A stretch of 64,000 bases of DNA from Octopus bimaculoides. Lineage: Eukaryota. The notes under the pieces are model-generated. The model searched no databases. It had not been told where the DNA came from and saw nothing but the letters and a program-made list of their open reading frames with translations. The position numbers were made by a program, and so were the translations under genes. Of this stretch, positions 1-11,629 are shown piece by piece. The stretch covers positions 104,972,531 through 105,036,530 of the forward strand of contig NC_068984.1 in NCBI RefSeq assembly GCF_001194135.2, given 5' to 3'. The stretch's first letter is position 1; every line of letters starts with the position of its first letter.

Positions 1-154
1 CCCCAGTATGCAACTGGTACTTAATTTATTGACCCCCAAAAGGATGAAAGGTAAAGTCGACCTTGGTGGAATCTGAACTCAGAACATAAAGACGGATGTA
101 ATACTGCTAAGCATTTCTCCCAGCATGCTAACAATTTTGCCAGCTCACCGCCTT
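1..154 (-). mobile_element. SINE family B (tRNA-like head plus central domain GTCGACTTT(A/G)CCTTTCATCC), truncated by the window start
   Basis: The reverse complement AAGGCGGTGAGCTGGCAAAA...GAGTTCAGATTCC...GGTCGACTTTACCTTTCATCC recurs at about 4381-4580 (-), 4740-4945 (+), 6590-6720 (+) and 17760-17820 (+). The central domain resembles the Meta-type SINE core (recalled, not aligned). Confidence 0.75.
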
Positions 155-261
155 GATAATAATAATAACAATAATAGTAATGATAATAATAATAAATACA
201 TGATGATGATGATGATGATAAGAAGAAGAAGAAGTGCTCTGATGTAGTTCCATGCATTCGT

Positions 262-546
262 CTGCAATACAACAATGCTCATCCTCACATTGCCAATATG
301 ACCAAAGCCGTGATTCAAGAACTCGAATGGGAAGTGCTACCTCATCCTCCATACTCTCCAGACTTGGTGCCATCAGAATTTCATCTCTTTTGTCTACTTT
401 CAAACACTTTGCGTGGTGTATCATTCAGTAACGACATGGAATTGACGGCTTGGTCGGACGAATTCTTTGAGTCAAGACTGGGAGATTTCTATTGCCAAGA
501 CATTGAAAAACGTATTGAACAATGAGAGGAAGTCGTAAACAACAAT
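262..546 (+). mobile_element. Mariner transposase C-terminal fragment (pseudogenised)
   Basis: Translates LQYNNAHPH...EVLPHPPYSPDLVPSEFHLF, matching the mariner HDNARPH and YSPDLAPSD catalytic motifs; in-frame stop at 523-525. Confidence 0.85.
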
Positions 547-599
547 GCTTCATCCCATGTCTTCCTGGGTTTCCCCTCTTCCATATACACATGCATATG

Positions 600-1895
600 C
601 AGGGTGCAGTGAATAAATTATTGTTTAAATTACGCAAAAATGAAAATAACACTGACATCTCATTTTAACAGATATATTTACCAAACTTACATAAAAATAA
701 GTTGAAATACTAAAGAGTAAATTTATTCAATAAAATTGCCATTGGTTTCAACCAAGGCTTCCAGACAACTTCAGAATCTCCTGCTAATCTTCTGGAAGGT
801 CTCCTTATTTAAGTTGGTGAATGCTGCCATAATCCTTGCCTTCAGTTCATCTTTAGTGTTACAAGGAGTTTTGTTGGTCTCTCACTCAACTGCACCCCAC
901 AAATAATAATCAAGAGAGTTGAAGTCTGGGGAGTTAGGTAGCCAGATGTTAGGGGTGATGTGGTTGCAGAAATTGTCTGACAGCTATTGCTGGGTTCTCC
1001 TGCTTGTGTGGCATGGTACAGAGTCTTGTTACCAAACATAGGGTCTTCCAGCAGCCACCCTCTTCACCCAGGGCAGCACTACCTCCTCCAGGCACTTGAT
1101 GTAGATCTCGGTGTTGAGTTTGAGGCTGTGTTGGAAGATGAATGGAGACATAATGTCGCTATCATTAGCAATCACTCCAAACATCATGATATTGACTCGA
1201 TGTTCGATTTTTATCATTCTTGGTACATGTTTTGGGGACATGGCAAGCCAATGTGTGTTCACCCTCTGATCCTGATAGAAATTTTTCTTGTCTGAGAAAA
1301 ACCAAAACATGTTTAGTGGGAGGGGTTGCTTGTGTTTATTCAAAAGCTTCATAGCACAGTCTTTCCTCTTGTCCTTGATGGCTTGGGATAAAAATAGGCC
1401 CTTTCTCATCTTGTATGAGGAATGCCGAATGTCTTCATACATTACCTGCCTGATAAGAAACTCAAACACTCCCATGTCCCTGGTGATGAACCTGATTGAC
1501 TTGGAGGGATTATTGTCAATCATGGCCTGGATCTCACCAACAAATTTAGGAGTTCTTTTCTCATTAAAAAAAAACAGAGTGAGTTTTCTGAGCTGCTGTA
1601 CCTTCATAATGACTATTAGACTCATCCAACTCTTTCTGAATCTTTTGCACTATCCTCAGATTGACACCAAAACACTCTGAAATGTTCGTATTGGAGCTTC
1701 TGGTATGAATACCAAGCAATACAGCATGTTGTTTCCAAATTTCTGGCAGAATGAATTGTGTCATGGTGCTGTTTTTCTCACAGATGGTGCCCAACTGACC
1801 CTACTATACTGTGCGATTGACAAAATCAAAAACAAACAATGTGCATGTGTAAAATTAAAAATATAAGATGATGACAGTTAACCCATCACATCCTG
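600..1895 (-). mobile_element. Near full-length DD37D (maT-type) Tc1/mariner element with inactivated transposase
   Basis: ORF 1029-1625 continues in frame through point stops as FSDKKNF...QDSVPCH...WLPNSPDFNSLDYYLW. There are 37 residues between the second and third Asp. Degenerate termini CAGGGTG (600) and CACATCCTG (1887-1895); length about 1.3 kb. Confidence 0.85.
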
Positions 1896-2464
1896 TGTAT
1901 ATATCATCAGTCAAGCTTCCAATCATCATTACAGTTTTGGCCTGCTACACTTGAGACTGTTCAAAATTGGTAGGCCCCAAATATCTAAGCTAAAGGCATT
2001 AAATTTTTGGAAGAAAGCAAGCAAATGAATATGTGTAACAACACAAACAAAAAAAATGAGAAAATGGAGAAAGTTTTACACGGTTACAAATACAAACAAC
2101 AAGAACAACAATGGGTGTCTTTTGACTAATAAGGACAGGTTAAATTGAGTTGCCGTTTAAAGTGGAAGCCTTAAGGCACAAACATAGATGAAAGTCAGGA
2201 GACAGGAAAATAAGGTGTTGTGTGGGCAGCGGTCAAACCAAGAAAGAAAGATTATGCTTGGCCGAACACTAATCACGTGGGAGGAACAGAGAGAAGTAGG
2301 AAGCAGAGGGATTGAAGAATTAGGGAAGGTGACTCTCCCATCGTTAGATGACAGATGAGGGTTCCACAATTTTTTGCCAAACAACAACTGCCCAGATGGT
2401 TTGTTTATAGTGATCAAATGTTTGTATTGCACATAAACTCACTTCTTCCATCAAATCAACATTG

Positions 2465-2822
2465 GCTGCATAGGTGCACGAGTGTGCCACACATCAGATG
2501 TTGAAATGATTGCTGAGCAACATGAAATGAAGCGTTTTGCTCAAGAACAAAACACTGGTCTGGGAATCAAAATCACGGTCTCATGATTGTGAGTGCAACA
2601 CTCTAATCATTAGGCCATGTACTTTCACTACACACACACACACACACACACACACATATGATGGGATTATTTCAGTGTCCATCTACCAAATCCTCTCACA
2701 AAGCTTTAGTTGGCCTGGGGTTAAATTGGATGACACTTGCCCAAGATGCCCTACAATGAACTGAATCCAAAACCATATGGTAGGGAAGCAAGCTTCATAA
2801 TCACAGTCATGCCTACACCTAT
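2465..2822 (-). mobile_element. Two adjacent SINE 5' fragments (families C and A) separated by (CA)n
   Basis: Reverse complements match the SINE heads at 13412-13620 and 31155-31320. Confidence 0.7.
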
Positions 2823-3254
2823 AAGGTCATTAGAATAAGTAATACAAGTTTTAAAATATTAGTATAATCGATACATGACTGATAATATGGCAGCTATAAG
2901 TAGACATGGTAAAAATGAGAAAATGGAAAAGACCTAATAAATTAGTTTAAAGTATGAAGTTAGTTTAAAGTATGATGACATACTATCAAATATATCAACC
3001 TTCTCTGTTGCTTGCTAAATGTGATAACATTCTTAATAGTACCCTTTATAAATGGTGTGATGACATGCTGATATATCTGATAAGAGTGTAATGATATGCA
3101 AAAAGGGTCTGACAAGTGTGATAGCGAAATTACAAATGGTATAAGTAACCAAAATGACATTCAAAGTGAAGTATGAGGGCACAGGCAAAAAAACAAAAAG
3201 AAAAAAACTAATATTATGAATATTTAAGCATGATAGCATCTTAACCAAAGAAGT

Positions 3255-3288
<34 letters not shown>

Positions 3289-4380
3289 TGAGAGAGAGAA
3301 AGAGAGAGAGTGTGTGTGTGTGTGTGTGTGTGTGTGCACGCGCTGTGTTGTGTTTTCAGTTTGGGTAGTGGGGTGTTATCACTGCTGATAATAGCTTGGT
3401 AAGTATGCTGACATGGTGACATAGCTTGCATTGCAGTGTTAAGTGTGGGGGCATGCTAACAGGTTTTGAATATACTGGCAGCAAAAGGTACGACATACTA
3501 ATAGATTCTGTAATATACAGGTAGTAAATGTGATGATGCACAGACATAATTGAAAGAGTGGCTGCAAACACAGACACGCCAACAGAAATGGTATTGCATA
3601 ACATAGTGCCATAATGGTTAATATGATGACATGCCAATAGCATTGATTTTTATGTCGTAATTAAATAAGAGAAACCATCAAGAAAGTGCTGATGTATTTG
3701 ATGCCATTCATTTACCATTTTAAAGATTGCTTCCAAAGAGAATTCAGAAAGTTCTTCAATAAATAAAAATAGAACAGTCCATGAATATCAACAAAAAAGA
3801 AATTAAAACGTCTTTAAGGAATAAATATTAATTCTGACAATAACAGTTACATAATTTTGAATGTATTATTCTTCAGATCATTAAACTACAAATAAATAAG
3901 AGATTTCATAAAAATTTAACAAATTAAAATACAATGAACATTTTGCTTGATCAATTAAGTTTCTTTCTTAAAAAAAATATTATACATATGTACCAGTAAA
4001 GTAACTTTATGAAGAATTAATGGTGACTTTAATGTAAATCATATTTAGCAGTATATGCACCAGTTTGAGATAGAAAAGAGCACAGACTCTCAGACAATAC
4101 TAACTTGGACATAGTAGAATAACCTATTCTGCTAGCACTAAATGACAGACAAATCATCTTGTGGATGTAAAATAGTAGGTAAAATAGCAGAAACAATTTA
4201 TAGTTCCTAGATTGAGAAAGAAGGATAAATACTCAATGTAATCAATAATATGGTTACCTTGCAAGCAATAAATATGTGGTTCAAGTCCTGTCAGGTGGCT
4301 TATTGCTCTCATTTCTGAGTTAAACCCAATAAAATTTTCCTTCAGTTAAATGCATGGTTAAAATAATCCTTTCTCTAATA

Positions 4381-4945
4381 GGCACAAAACCTGAAATTTG
4401 TGGGTAGGGGGCTAATAAATTACATCAACCCCAATGCTCAACTACTACTTATTTCTTCAACACTGAAAGGATGAAAGACAAGGTCAACCTTGGCAAAATT
4501 TGAACTCAGAACACAAAGATGTATGAAATGTTGTTAAGCATTTTGTCCAGCAAGCTAATGATTCTATCAGTTTGTCAGCATGGTTAAAATAATGTTTAAA
4601 TACTGTAAAAGAAATTTACAATTTGTTGCTTTAAAAACAGGTTCCTCTTCAATCCTCACAGAAACATTTGTTATAAAAAGTCCCAACTAGGTGACTAGAT
4701 TTATACATTTCTAAAGATAATAATAATATTTATATCAGTTAAGGTAGCAAATTGGTAGAACCATAAGAGCTTTAGAAAAAAATATCTTGTGGCATTTCTT
4801 CCTGCTCTTTACCCTCTGAATTCAAATACCACTGAGGTCAACTTTGCCTTTCATCCCTCCAGGGATGATAAAGTAAAATAACAGTCAAGCATTTGATCAT
4901 ACCAACTAACCATTCCCTCAAATCTCAGACCTTTTGCCTACATTA
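4381..4945. mobile_element. Two family-B SINE copies in head-to-head inverted orientation (4381-4580 -, 4740-4945 +)
   Basis: GAAAGGATGAAAGACAAGGTCAACC and GAGGTCAACTTTGCCTTTCATCC are reverse complements of the same domain. Confidence 0.7.
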
Positions 4946-5974
4946 TGAACAACATTTAGAATAATTGGCATTCAAAAACCCATTTTAAAAGGAAACAACA
5001 ACTAACAAAATTTTCTCTGATTTTTTTTTTCTAAATGATTCACAAAGTGTAAGACAGGATTGCTGTACTTCTCATATAAACATCACCTATTTAGAAAATA
5101 GTACAAAATTTTAACCACAATAAAGAGCATGTTTTCTCACACTAGCATGGATTGAACATTAGCATACATATTTAATTTTAATAGATCAATCTTTCCTCAT
5201 ATCATTCACTTTGATCATAATCATAATCCATTTCCTCATGGAATAAAATATATCGAACCAATAGAAACAAGGGTAGGCAAGTGGGGTCAGACTTTGATAA
5301 ACGCTGTCTATTTGAATTTAGGAAATTTATCAACTACATTCCCAAAACATTTTTTTGCCATGAAAAATGGCATAAAAGATATAATATATTTAATAGCCAA
5401 AATTTTAAAATTGTATAATGATGTTGTTGAAATTAAAAGCGGACATTAACATCATAATTGCCAGAGAAGCAAAACATTAAATCTGTGATGGTGGTAGTGA
5501 GGGTGACTGATAATGGTAAAGATTATGATGGTTACATAAACATTATATGGCAGTTAAGTTACAAGAAGTACTATTGAGTAAAAATTGAATAGTGTATGAA
5601 GGAAATTTGCAGCACAAGATAAACAAATTTGATATAAAATGGTATCTCTTTAGAGATAGGGTGAAAACATAACTCCTGGATTCAATCTACAATAAGACAA
5701 TTTCTTCTGCTTCGTTTTATCTGGTTAGAAAATAAGTAATCTGTCTATCTGAATAAAGTTTATTCATGATGGAAACATAGCCAATTCATGTCAAAATAAG
5801 TGCAGAGTTTTATTTATTGTGATTAAACTAAATCTGGCTAAAAGAATCGTCATTTAAAAGATGAGATGATAATGATGATGGTGGTGGTGGTGGTGGTTGG
5901 TGGTGGTGGTGACATGATGATGGTCATGATAGTTGTAGAAGTGGCAGTAATGATGTCAACAATAATGACGATGA

Positions 5975-6200
5975 TAATGTTTAGCCTAAGGTGAACTCTG
6001 ATCAAATATATCTCTAAACAAAAGGTAATCCAGCAATGAGCTTTCTATCACATTTTTAAGATAGTGTCTCTCAAGTCATATTACCCAATGTGCCCTGTCA
6101 TTTTTTACTCTTTATTTTTTAACTCCTTTTTTTTTTTGTTAAATTAGTGGTGAGTGATTTAAGGAAGACTTAGGTGCTACTTTTAGCAAGTGAAGTAATC
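5975..6200 (+). repeat. Unclassified ~200-bp interspersed repeat (family D)
   Basis: The TTTA(G/A)CC...GGTCA...CCAGC...GTGATTT(A/G)AGGGAGATTTGGCTGCTATTTCTAGCA pattern recurs at about 9860-10080 (-), 18080-18270 (-), 21920-22120 (-), 42786-42971, 46370-46560 (+), 59835-59980 (-) and 61845-62005 (+). Confidence 0.65.
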
Positions 6201-6239
6201 ACAAACGGAGGATCCCTTGTCAGCTGTTGACAATGATGA

Positions 6240-6950
6240 TGATGTGGAGGAGGATGGGGAGGCGGGAGAGGGGAGGGGCGAGAGCAGGGGAGAAATGAAG
6301 GTGGTAGTGGTGATAGAGGAAGAAGCAGGGGAGGGGGAGGGGAGGAGGAGGAGGGGAGAAATGAAGGTGGTGGTGGTGGTGATAGAGGAAGAGGCAGAGG
6401 AGGAGGAGGGTTGGATTCTAGTGGAGTAACATCTTTGATATGGAACTATGTTCAGAATGGAATGTGATCTGCGCCATTAAACTCGCTCAAGAAATCCTCA
6501 ACAGAAATTTTGAAATCACAATTCAGTCTACCATTTTCAACTCAAAGACTGCAAATTGCCATAGACAATAGGACGTTAGACAGAATTCTTTGTGATAGTT
6601 GTTCTAACTTCCAGCATTCTACGTTCAAATTCTGCTCAAGTCAACTTTGTCTTTCATTCTCTTGGCAGAAGGGGAATAAATAAAGTATCAATCATATTAC
6701 AGGAGTCTATTTCTCTCCCTCTCTTACTCTCCTTCTCTTCTTATCACTTGCTCTCATTCCCTTTCTTTTGCTCTCTATCTTCTGCCTCCTCTCTTTCTCT
6801 TTTCCTCTCTCTCTCTCTCCTTTTCTCTCTCTCTCTCACTTTTTGTCTTTTGCTCTCTGTCCTACTCACTTCCTCTTTTCCCTCTTTATCTCTCCCTCTC
6901 TCTCTCCCCTCCTCTCTCTCCCTTTTCCCTATTCTTCCACCTCTCTCACT
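6240..6950. repeat. Low-complexity purine-rich tract (6240-6412) with a ~60-bp direct repeat, and pyrimidine-rich (CT)n tract (6700-6950)
   Basis: GGGGAGAAATGAAGGTGGT..GTGGTG..ATAGAGGAAGA.GCAG occurs twice; long CT-only stretch follows. Confidence 0.85.
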
Positions 6951-7897
6951 GTATCAGCTATGTGTAAGGGCCATGAATGGCGCATTCACAATAGTGACTG
7001 CCTATACTTTTGTCACTATTTTAGGGAGACAAGAAAAAAAGAAAGGACTTCAACTCAAATTGCAGCGTTTGACTTCTATAAGAACAATGACCATATCAAT
7101 AACAACATCACCATGAGGATAGTGATGGTGATGATGATGATTATAATGATGACAATGATGTAATGATGACAATGATGACAGTGATGTAATGATGACAATG
7201 ATGATTGCAAGGATGAAAAATGTCAGTGTTGAGGATTATAATGCATCATTTTAAAATATATCTCAGTCAACAATGAAAAGGACACGAAACATCTTAAAAC
7301 TAAAATCTAATAATAATGCTAACAAAATCAAATTAAAATATTTTTTAAAATCCTATTTCAAAGTATTGGCCTTTAGCAAACAAGCAAGTGTTATCTACCT
7401 TTATAGTTATTAAAAACAAAAATAAATTGTTGACCTGAATAGAAGAATGCTGGACTAAATGTTCTATTGTTACTAACACTTCCTTCTATCATTCCATGGC
7501 TCAATTTACTATATCCTTTCTCCAAAAAGGCATGGTCTTGTCTTGACCATCTTTATTTATTTAAAAATAAGCAGAAATTTGCACTTCCAATCTATGACAT
7601 CCTGTATACAGCTTTAAACCTCTTTCACTTCACACAAACTATGTTAGCTATGATTTGTATATTTTTAAATGTGCACTGTCACAATCACTACCACCACCCT
7701 TCTCTTCTCATCCTCCTCTGTGTCTACCTCTCCCAGTTGTCATTGTAACTGGCAGTACTGCAGACTGTGCTGTCATCATTTATATCTTTTTCAATACTTA
7801 TGAGGTATGTATGAAGCAACCTCTTCAGCTAAAGCTCAGCTCTAGTTTCTTTAGAATGAAGCAGCTTAAACAATGCCCTCTGAGATAGCACACAAGC

Positions 7898-8257
7898 CTA
7901 TTGCCGGTAACTATTACAAATAACTATTGCAGGTAACTACTGCAGGTAATTATTGCAAGTAACTATTACAGGTAATTATTACTGATAATTATTGGAGGTA
8001 AAAATTGTGGGTAACTATTGCATGTAAGTATTAGAGGTAGCTAATGCAGATAGCTATTACAGGTAACTATTGCAGGTAACTATTTTTGGTAACTAGTGCA
8101 GATAACTATTTCAGGTAACAGTTGCATATAACTATTACAAGTAACTATTATAGGTAACTATTATAGGCAACTATTTCAGATAGCTATTGCAGGTAGTAAG
8201 TGTGGACAAGAATTGCAGTTAACAACTTCTGGTAACTATTGAGAGTAGCTATTGCAC
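7898..8257 (+). repeat. 13-bp minisatellite, consensus GTAACTATTGCAG, about 27 copies
   Basis: Units read directly (e.g. gtaactattacaa ataactattgcag gtaactactgcag ...); no spacers between them. Confidence 0.95.
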
Positions 8258-8445
8258 AAAAAATCTTCATACTTTTTGTAACAGACAAGTGAACTGAAGC
8301 AAGGAGAGTGAAGTGTTTTTTCCCAAAGAAACAAAAAGACACTAAATACTTTATCTATTTGGCCATTTTATTTCGGAACTAATTACAGTCTATCTGGGTA
8401 ATAATGGATGTATATCTACTTGGATCATGTTGTATTCTACATGAG

Positions 8446-8826
8446 TGGAGGCACAATGGCCCAGTGGTTAGGGCAGCAGATTCATGGTTGCAGGATCACA
8501 GTTTCGATTCCCAGACTGGACGTTGTGAGAGTTTACTGAGTGAAAACACCGAAAGTTCCACGAGGCTCCGGCAGGGGATGGTGGCGAACCTTGCTGTACT
8601 CTTTCACCACCACTTCCTCTCACTCTTTCTTCCTGTTTCTGTTGTACCTGTATTTCAAAGGGCCAGCCTTGTCATATTCTGTGTCATGCTGAATCTCCCC
8701 GAGAACTACGTTAAGGATACACGTGTCTGTGGAGTGCTCAGCCACTTGCACGTTAATTTCACAAGCAGGCTGTTCCGCTGATCGGATCAACTGGAACCCT
8801 CGTCGTCGTAACCGGCGGAGTGCCAA
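8446..8826 (+). mobile_element. Full-length tRNA-derived SINE (family C)
   Basis: Pol III A-box TGGCCCAGTGG (8457) and B-box GTTTCGATTCC (8501-8511). The 3' half matches 42400-42572 (+) and 9540-9700 (-); the head also appears at 13412-13620 and 42262. Confidence 0.85.
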
Positions 8827-9129
8827 CCATTCTACATGAAGAACATGCTTCTACTTTCCATAGTTTGCCTGACTTTGCCTAACTAGCAAAAACAAATTTA
8901 TGATTGAGTAATTAACAGTAGGAAGAGAATTCAGCTAAAACACTTGTTCCCATAAAGACCAATCTCACCTATGTAAACATTTGTTAATGGTTGTAAAATT
9001 GTTACATAAATTATAACAAGGTCTAGAAATCTCTATTTCATTTAAATTTCTTCAACATCTATTTATCAATTTGTCATAATAGTATCAACATGAAGTCATT
9101 TACTTTTTATATTTATCTTTCCTCTTTCA

Positions 9130-9470
9130 GTTATATCAGTCATTAGACTGCAGCCATCCAGAGCGCTCTCTTGAAGAATTTTAGTCAAACAAGTCAATCT
9201 CTGTACTTCTTTTTTTAAAGCCTGGTACTAAATTTATCAGTTTCTTTTAGTGAACCACTAAGCTATGAGGATGTAAACACACCAATACTAATTGTCAAGT
9301 AGTGGTGGAGGATAAACACAGCAGACACAAAGACATACACACATGCATATATATACATATATGTATGTATGTATGTATGTATTTAAAGCTTTGGTCTGCC
9401 CAAGGTCTTCTCAGACCCATGTGGATGGGAAGCAAACTTCTTACTACACAGCCACATCTGCAGTTTATTG
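9130..9470 (-). mobile_element. SINE family A (most abundant family; tRNA-like head, microsatellite core, tail ending AAAAGA)
   Basis: Reverse complement of the copies at 31155-31590 and 47115-47625. Further fragments at about 9700-9845, 17050-17245, 19700-19850, 30770-30905 (-) and 34325-34425, 41330-41590, 45510-45580, 57090-57335 (+). Confidence 0.8.
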
Positions 9471-10309
9471 AAATATATGTTCCAAGACTAGAAACTGTAA
9501 ATTGTTAATAGTAACAGATCTCCATCATTCAATTATTTGATCAACCTAATTTCTTGCTCCTTACTTAATATGTAAGTGACTGGGCATTTCACAGACATGT
9601 GTATCCTTAACATAATTATCAAGCAGAATCAGTATGACACAGTGTGTGACAAGCCTGTACATTTGGAATTACAAATACAATCCACCCTGACGAGTTTCTC
9701 TGAAGTTTCTGCCAACCAAATTTCACTGATAAGGTATGGGTTGACTTGAAGCAATAGATAATAAAATTTGTCTAAGATGCCATGCAGTAGGATTGAACCC
9801 AGAATCATGCAATTATGAAGCAAATGTCCCATTTGTCCATATTGCATTGCTAAATATTCGTCAACAAACTGTTAGAGCTAAGGAGGAAAACCTAAATGTG
9901 GTCACTTGACTCAATAAAAAAAGTGCCTAAACCTTCCTACTGTCTTAAAAAGAGGAAAGAAACATCGGATAATGCAATCATGGATACTCAGTCTGTAACA
10001 GAAAAAAAATAAACTGGTCATGGGTAGAACATCTTTGATGCTTAGTCTTCTTAATCAGGCTGATCTCAGACTAAACAGCTCAAGAAATGTGTAAGTTTTT
10101 GACTTGCTGGATTTGACAATATTTATTATGTCAGTGTCTGTTTCATTATAATAAACAATGTGAGAAACTTAATTAGATAAATTTTATGTAAATCTCATTG
10201 TTCTACACAAATTCATACATAAATAAGCTGAAGTTAAAATGAAATAGTAGAACATATAAAAATACGACTTGACAATCAGACTAAACCTCCCAAACTGTCT
10301 TAACTTTTT

Positions 10310-10483
10310 CATTGCCATATTACTAATGAAATACACTGCCTTCATTTTAATAAATTTTTTAAATCAAAGATTTTGTCCTTATTAAGCCAGTGTTTGAAAT
10401 ATAGATTAACATGAACATTTTGTTAAAGGTTTAAATTTGGGTCACTTAAAAAAAGTCTCAGGTGGATTGGTATCAAAAGAGTT
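10310..10483 (+). mobile_element. Degenerate piggyBac-type MITE (family P2)
   Basis: Similar to 16762-16958, 11425-11545, 33000-33147 and 33185-33312. Copies at about 16958 and 33147 end in AGGGTTAA (piggyBac-like CCCT terminus plus TTAA target). Confidence 0.6.
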
Positions 10484-10722
10484 TTAAAAAGGAAGGACAC
10501 ATTAATAAGGTAATATTTGTGCAAAACTCATTGCTTTACACACTCTCATATAATTATGCTGGACCTAAATATAGGAGATGAAGATATAAAAATATGACTT
10601 GAGGCAGGATATTTAATTCAGATTATGAATATATATTGTTACATTAGTATTCAAATTAAAGGAAATAACTCTTTAATCACCATTAAAAGTGAGATAGGTT
10701 TGGGAAAATAGGTTCTACTTAC

Positions 10723-10770
10723 TCCGTAGGAATTTTTCCGTATCTTAAATATATGCTTTACTTTATCCAT
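10723..10770 (-). CDS. Candidate first coding exon of an unidentified minus-strand gene (exon 10723-10828; CDS MDKVKHIFKIRKNSYG)
   Basis: Acceptor atttttatttctgtctttcatttcttttgcag, donor GGA|GTAAGT, in-frame stop upstream of the ATG at 10770, 16 codons ending in phase 0. Protein not recognised. Confidence 0.5.
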
Positions 10771-11629
10771 TATTTCAGAATAATTGCTACAGAAATCTAA
10801 ACAACTGAGCTGACCAAAATTCTATGTACTGCAAAAGAAATGAAAGACAGAAATAAAAATTGGGTTAAAAAAACGGAAAATATCTATGCAAAATAGGAGG
10901 AAGGATAAGGCAACATGAAAATGGAAACATAAAAAAAAGTTTATGAATAATATCTTCATATAACACAGCCATTTCAATTGAGTGGAGTAAACTGATGTTC
11001 ATACACAATTAATCTTGCAATGAAAAGTGATTTCTGCATTATAAATAAACCTTTTGTATAGTTGTAATGTGAGTCTAAAATAGAATGATTAATGTTAATA
11101 TATCATTATAAAACAGTGCTTCTTAAAGTAGGAGATGGAAAATATGTATATGGGTATTAGAGACAAGGGAGTGATAGGTGAAGTGATAGATGTATCTCTT
11201 AATTGCCCTAATTTTCAAAAATATTTTCAATTTTTCTTTTCCATGTAAATTATCTGGTAATATTAGTAGTTGAATTTGATAATCTATATTATATTTTGAC
11301 AATCTGTATTATATTCATATCTGTGCAAATAATTGTTAGCGACAGGAGCTGTATTATTACCAACAGGTAATATCTTTCTCCATGAGGTTACATCTGGGTC
11401 TATGATTAAAAAAACGTTCTGTTTTAAAGTAATCTCAAAGCTTTTCATCAAATTTAATGTTAATCTATGTTCCAAAACATCTGCTTAATAATGACAAAGT
11501 TATTTTACTAAATTCTTCATTATTTTCAAAATTCAACAATAATCTGATAACAAAAAGACAATCTGTCAGCAGCAATTTTTTGTGAAGTGTTTAATCTTGT
11601 TAACTTGTAAGAAGGGGAATGCATGCTGA

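Noticed and set aside
3716-3885. Minus-strand 170-nt exon-like segment ending in ATG|GTAAAT
   Set aside because: Stops in all frames and an intron-like U-rich interior. Joining it to the 10723 exon gives only a 28-aa peptide.
4258-4314. Minus-strand 57-nt exon-like segment (MRAISHLTGLEPHIYCLQ)
   Set aside because: Phase 1-1 does not follow the phase-0 exon at 10723, and the + strand contains a B-box-like GGTTCAAGTCC suggesting a SINE-head remnant.
6217-7163. Acidic ORF 6217-6429 and Leu/Ser-rich ORFs 6592-7116 and 6768-7163
   Set aside because: Translations of GA-rich and CT-rich simple sequence plus a SINE; no protein-like complexity.
7737-7804. Plus-strand exon-like segment (CT-rich acceptor, GAG|GTATGT; VIVTGSTADCAVIIYIFFNTYE)
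   Set aside because: The acceptor tract is low-complexity CT sequence, there are no partner exons, no recognisable homology, and it opposes the better-supported minus-strand exons. Not excluded without RNA data.
7898-8257. CRISPR-like array
   Set aside because: Head-to-tail 13-bp units with no unique spacers and no cas genes, in eukaryotic context.
8446-8520. tRNA gene
   Set aside because: A and B boxes are present but the sequence runs into a repeated SINE body and I could not fold a cloverleaf. The same applies to the other SINE heads.
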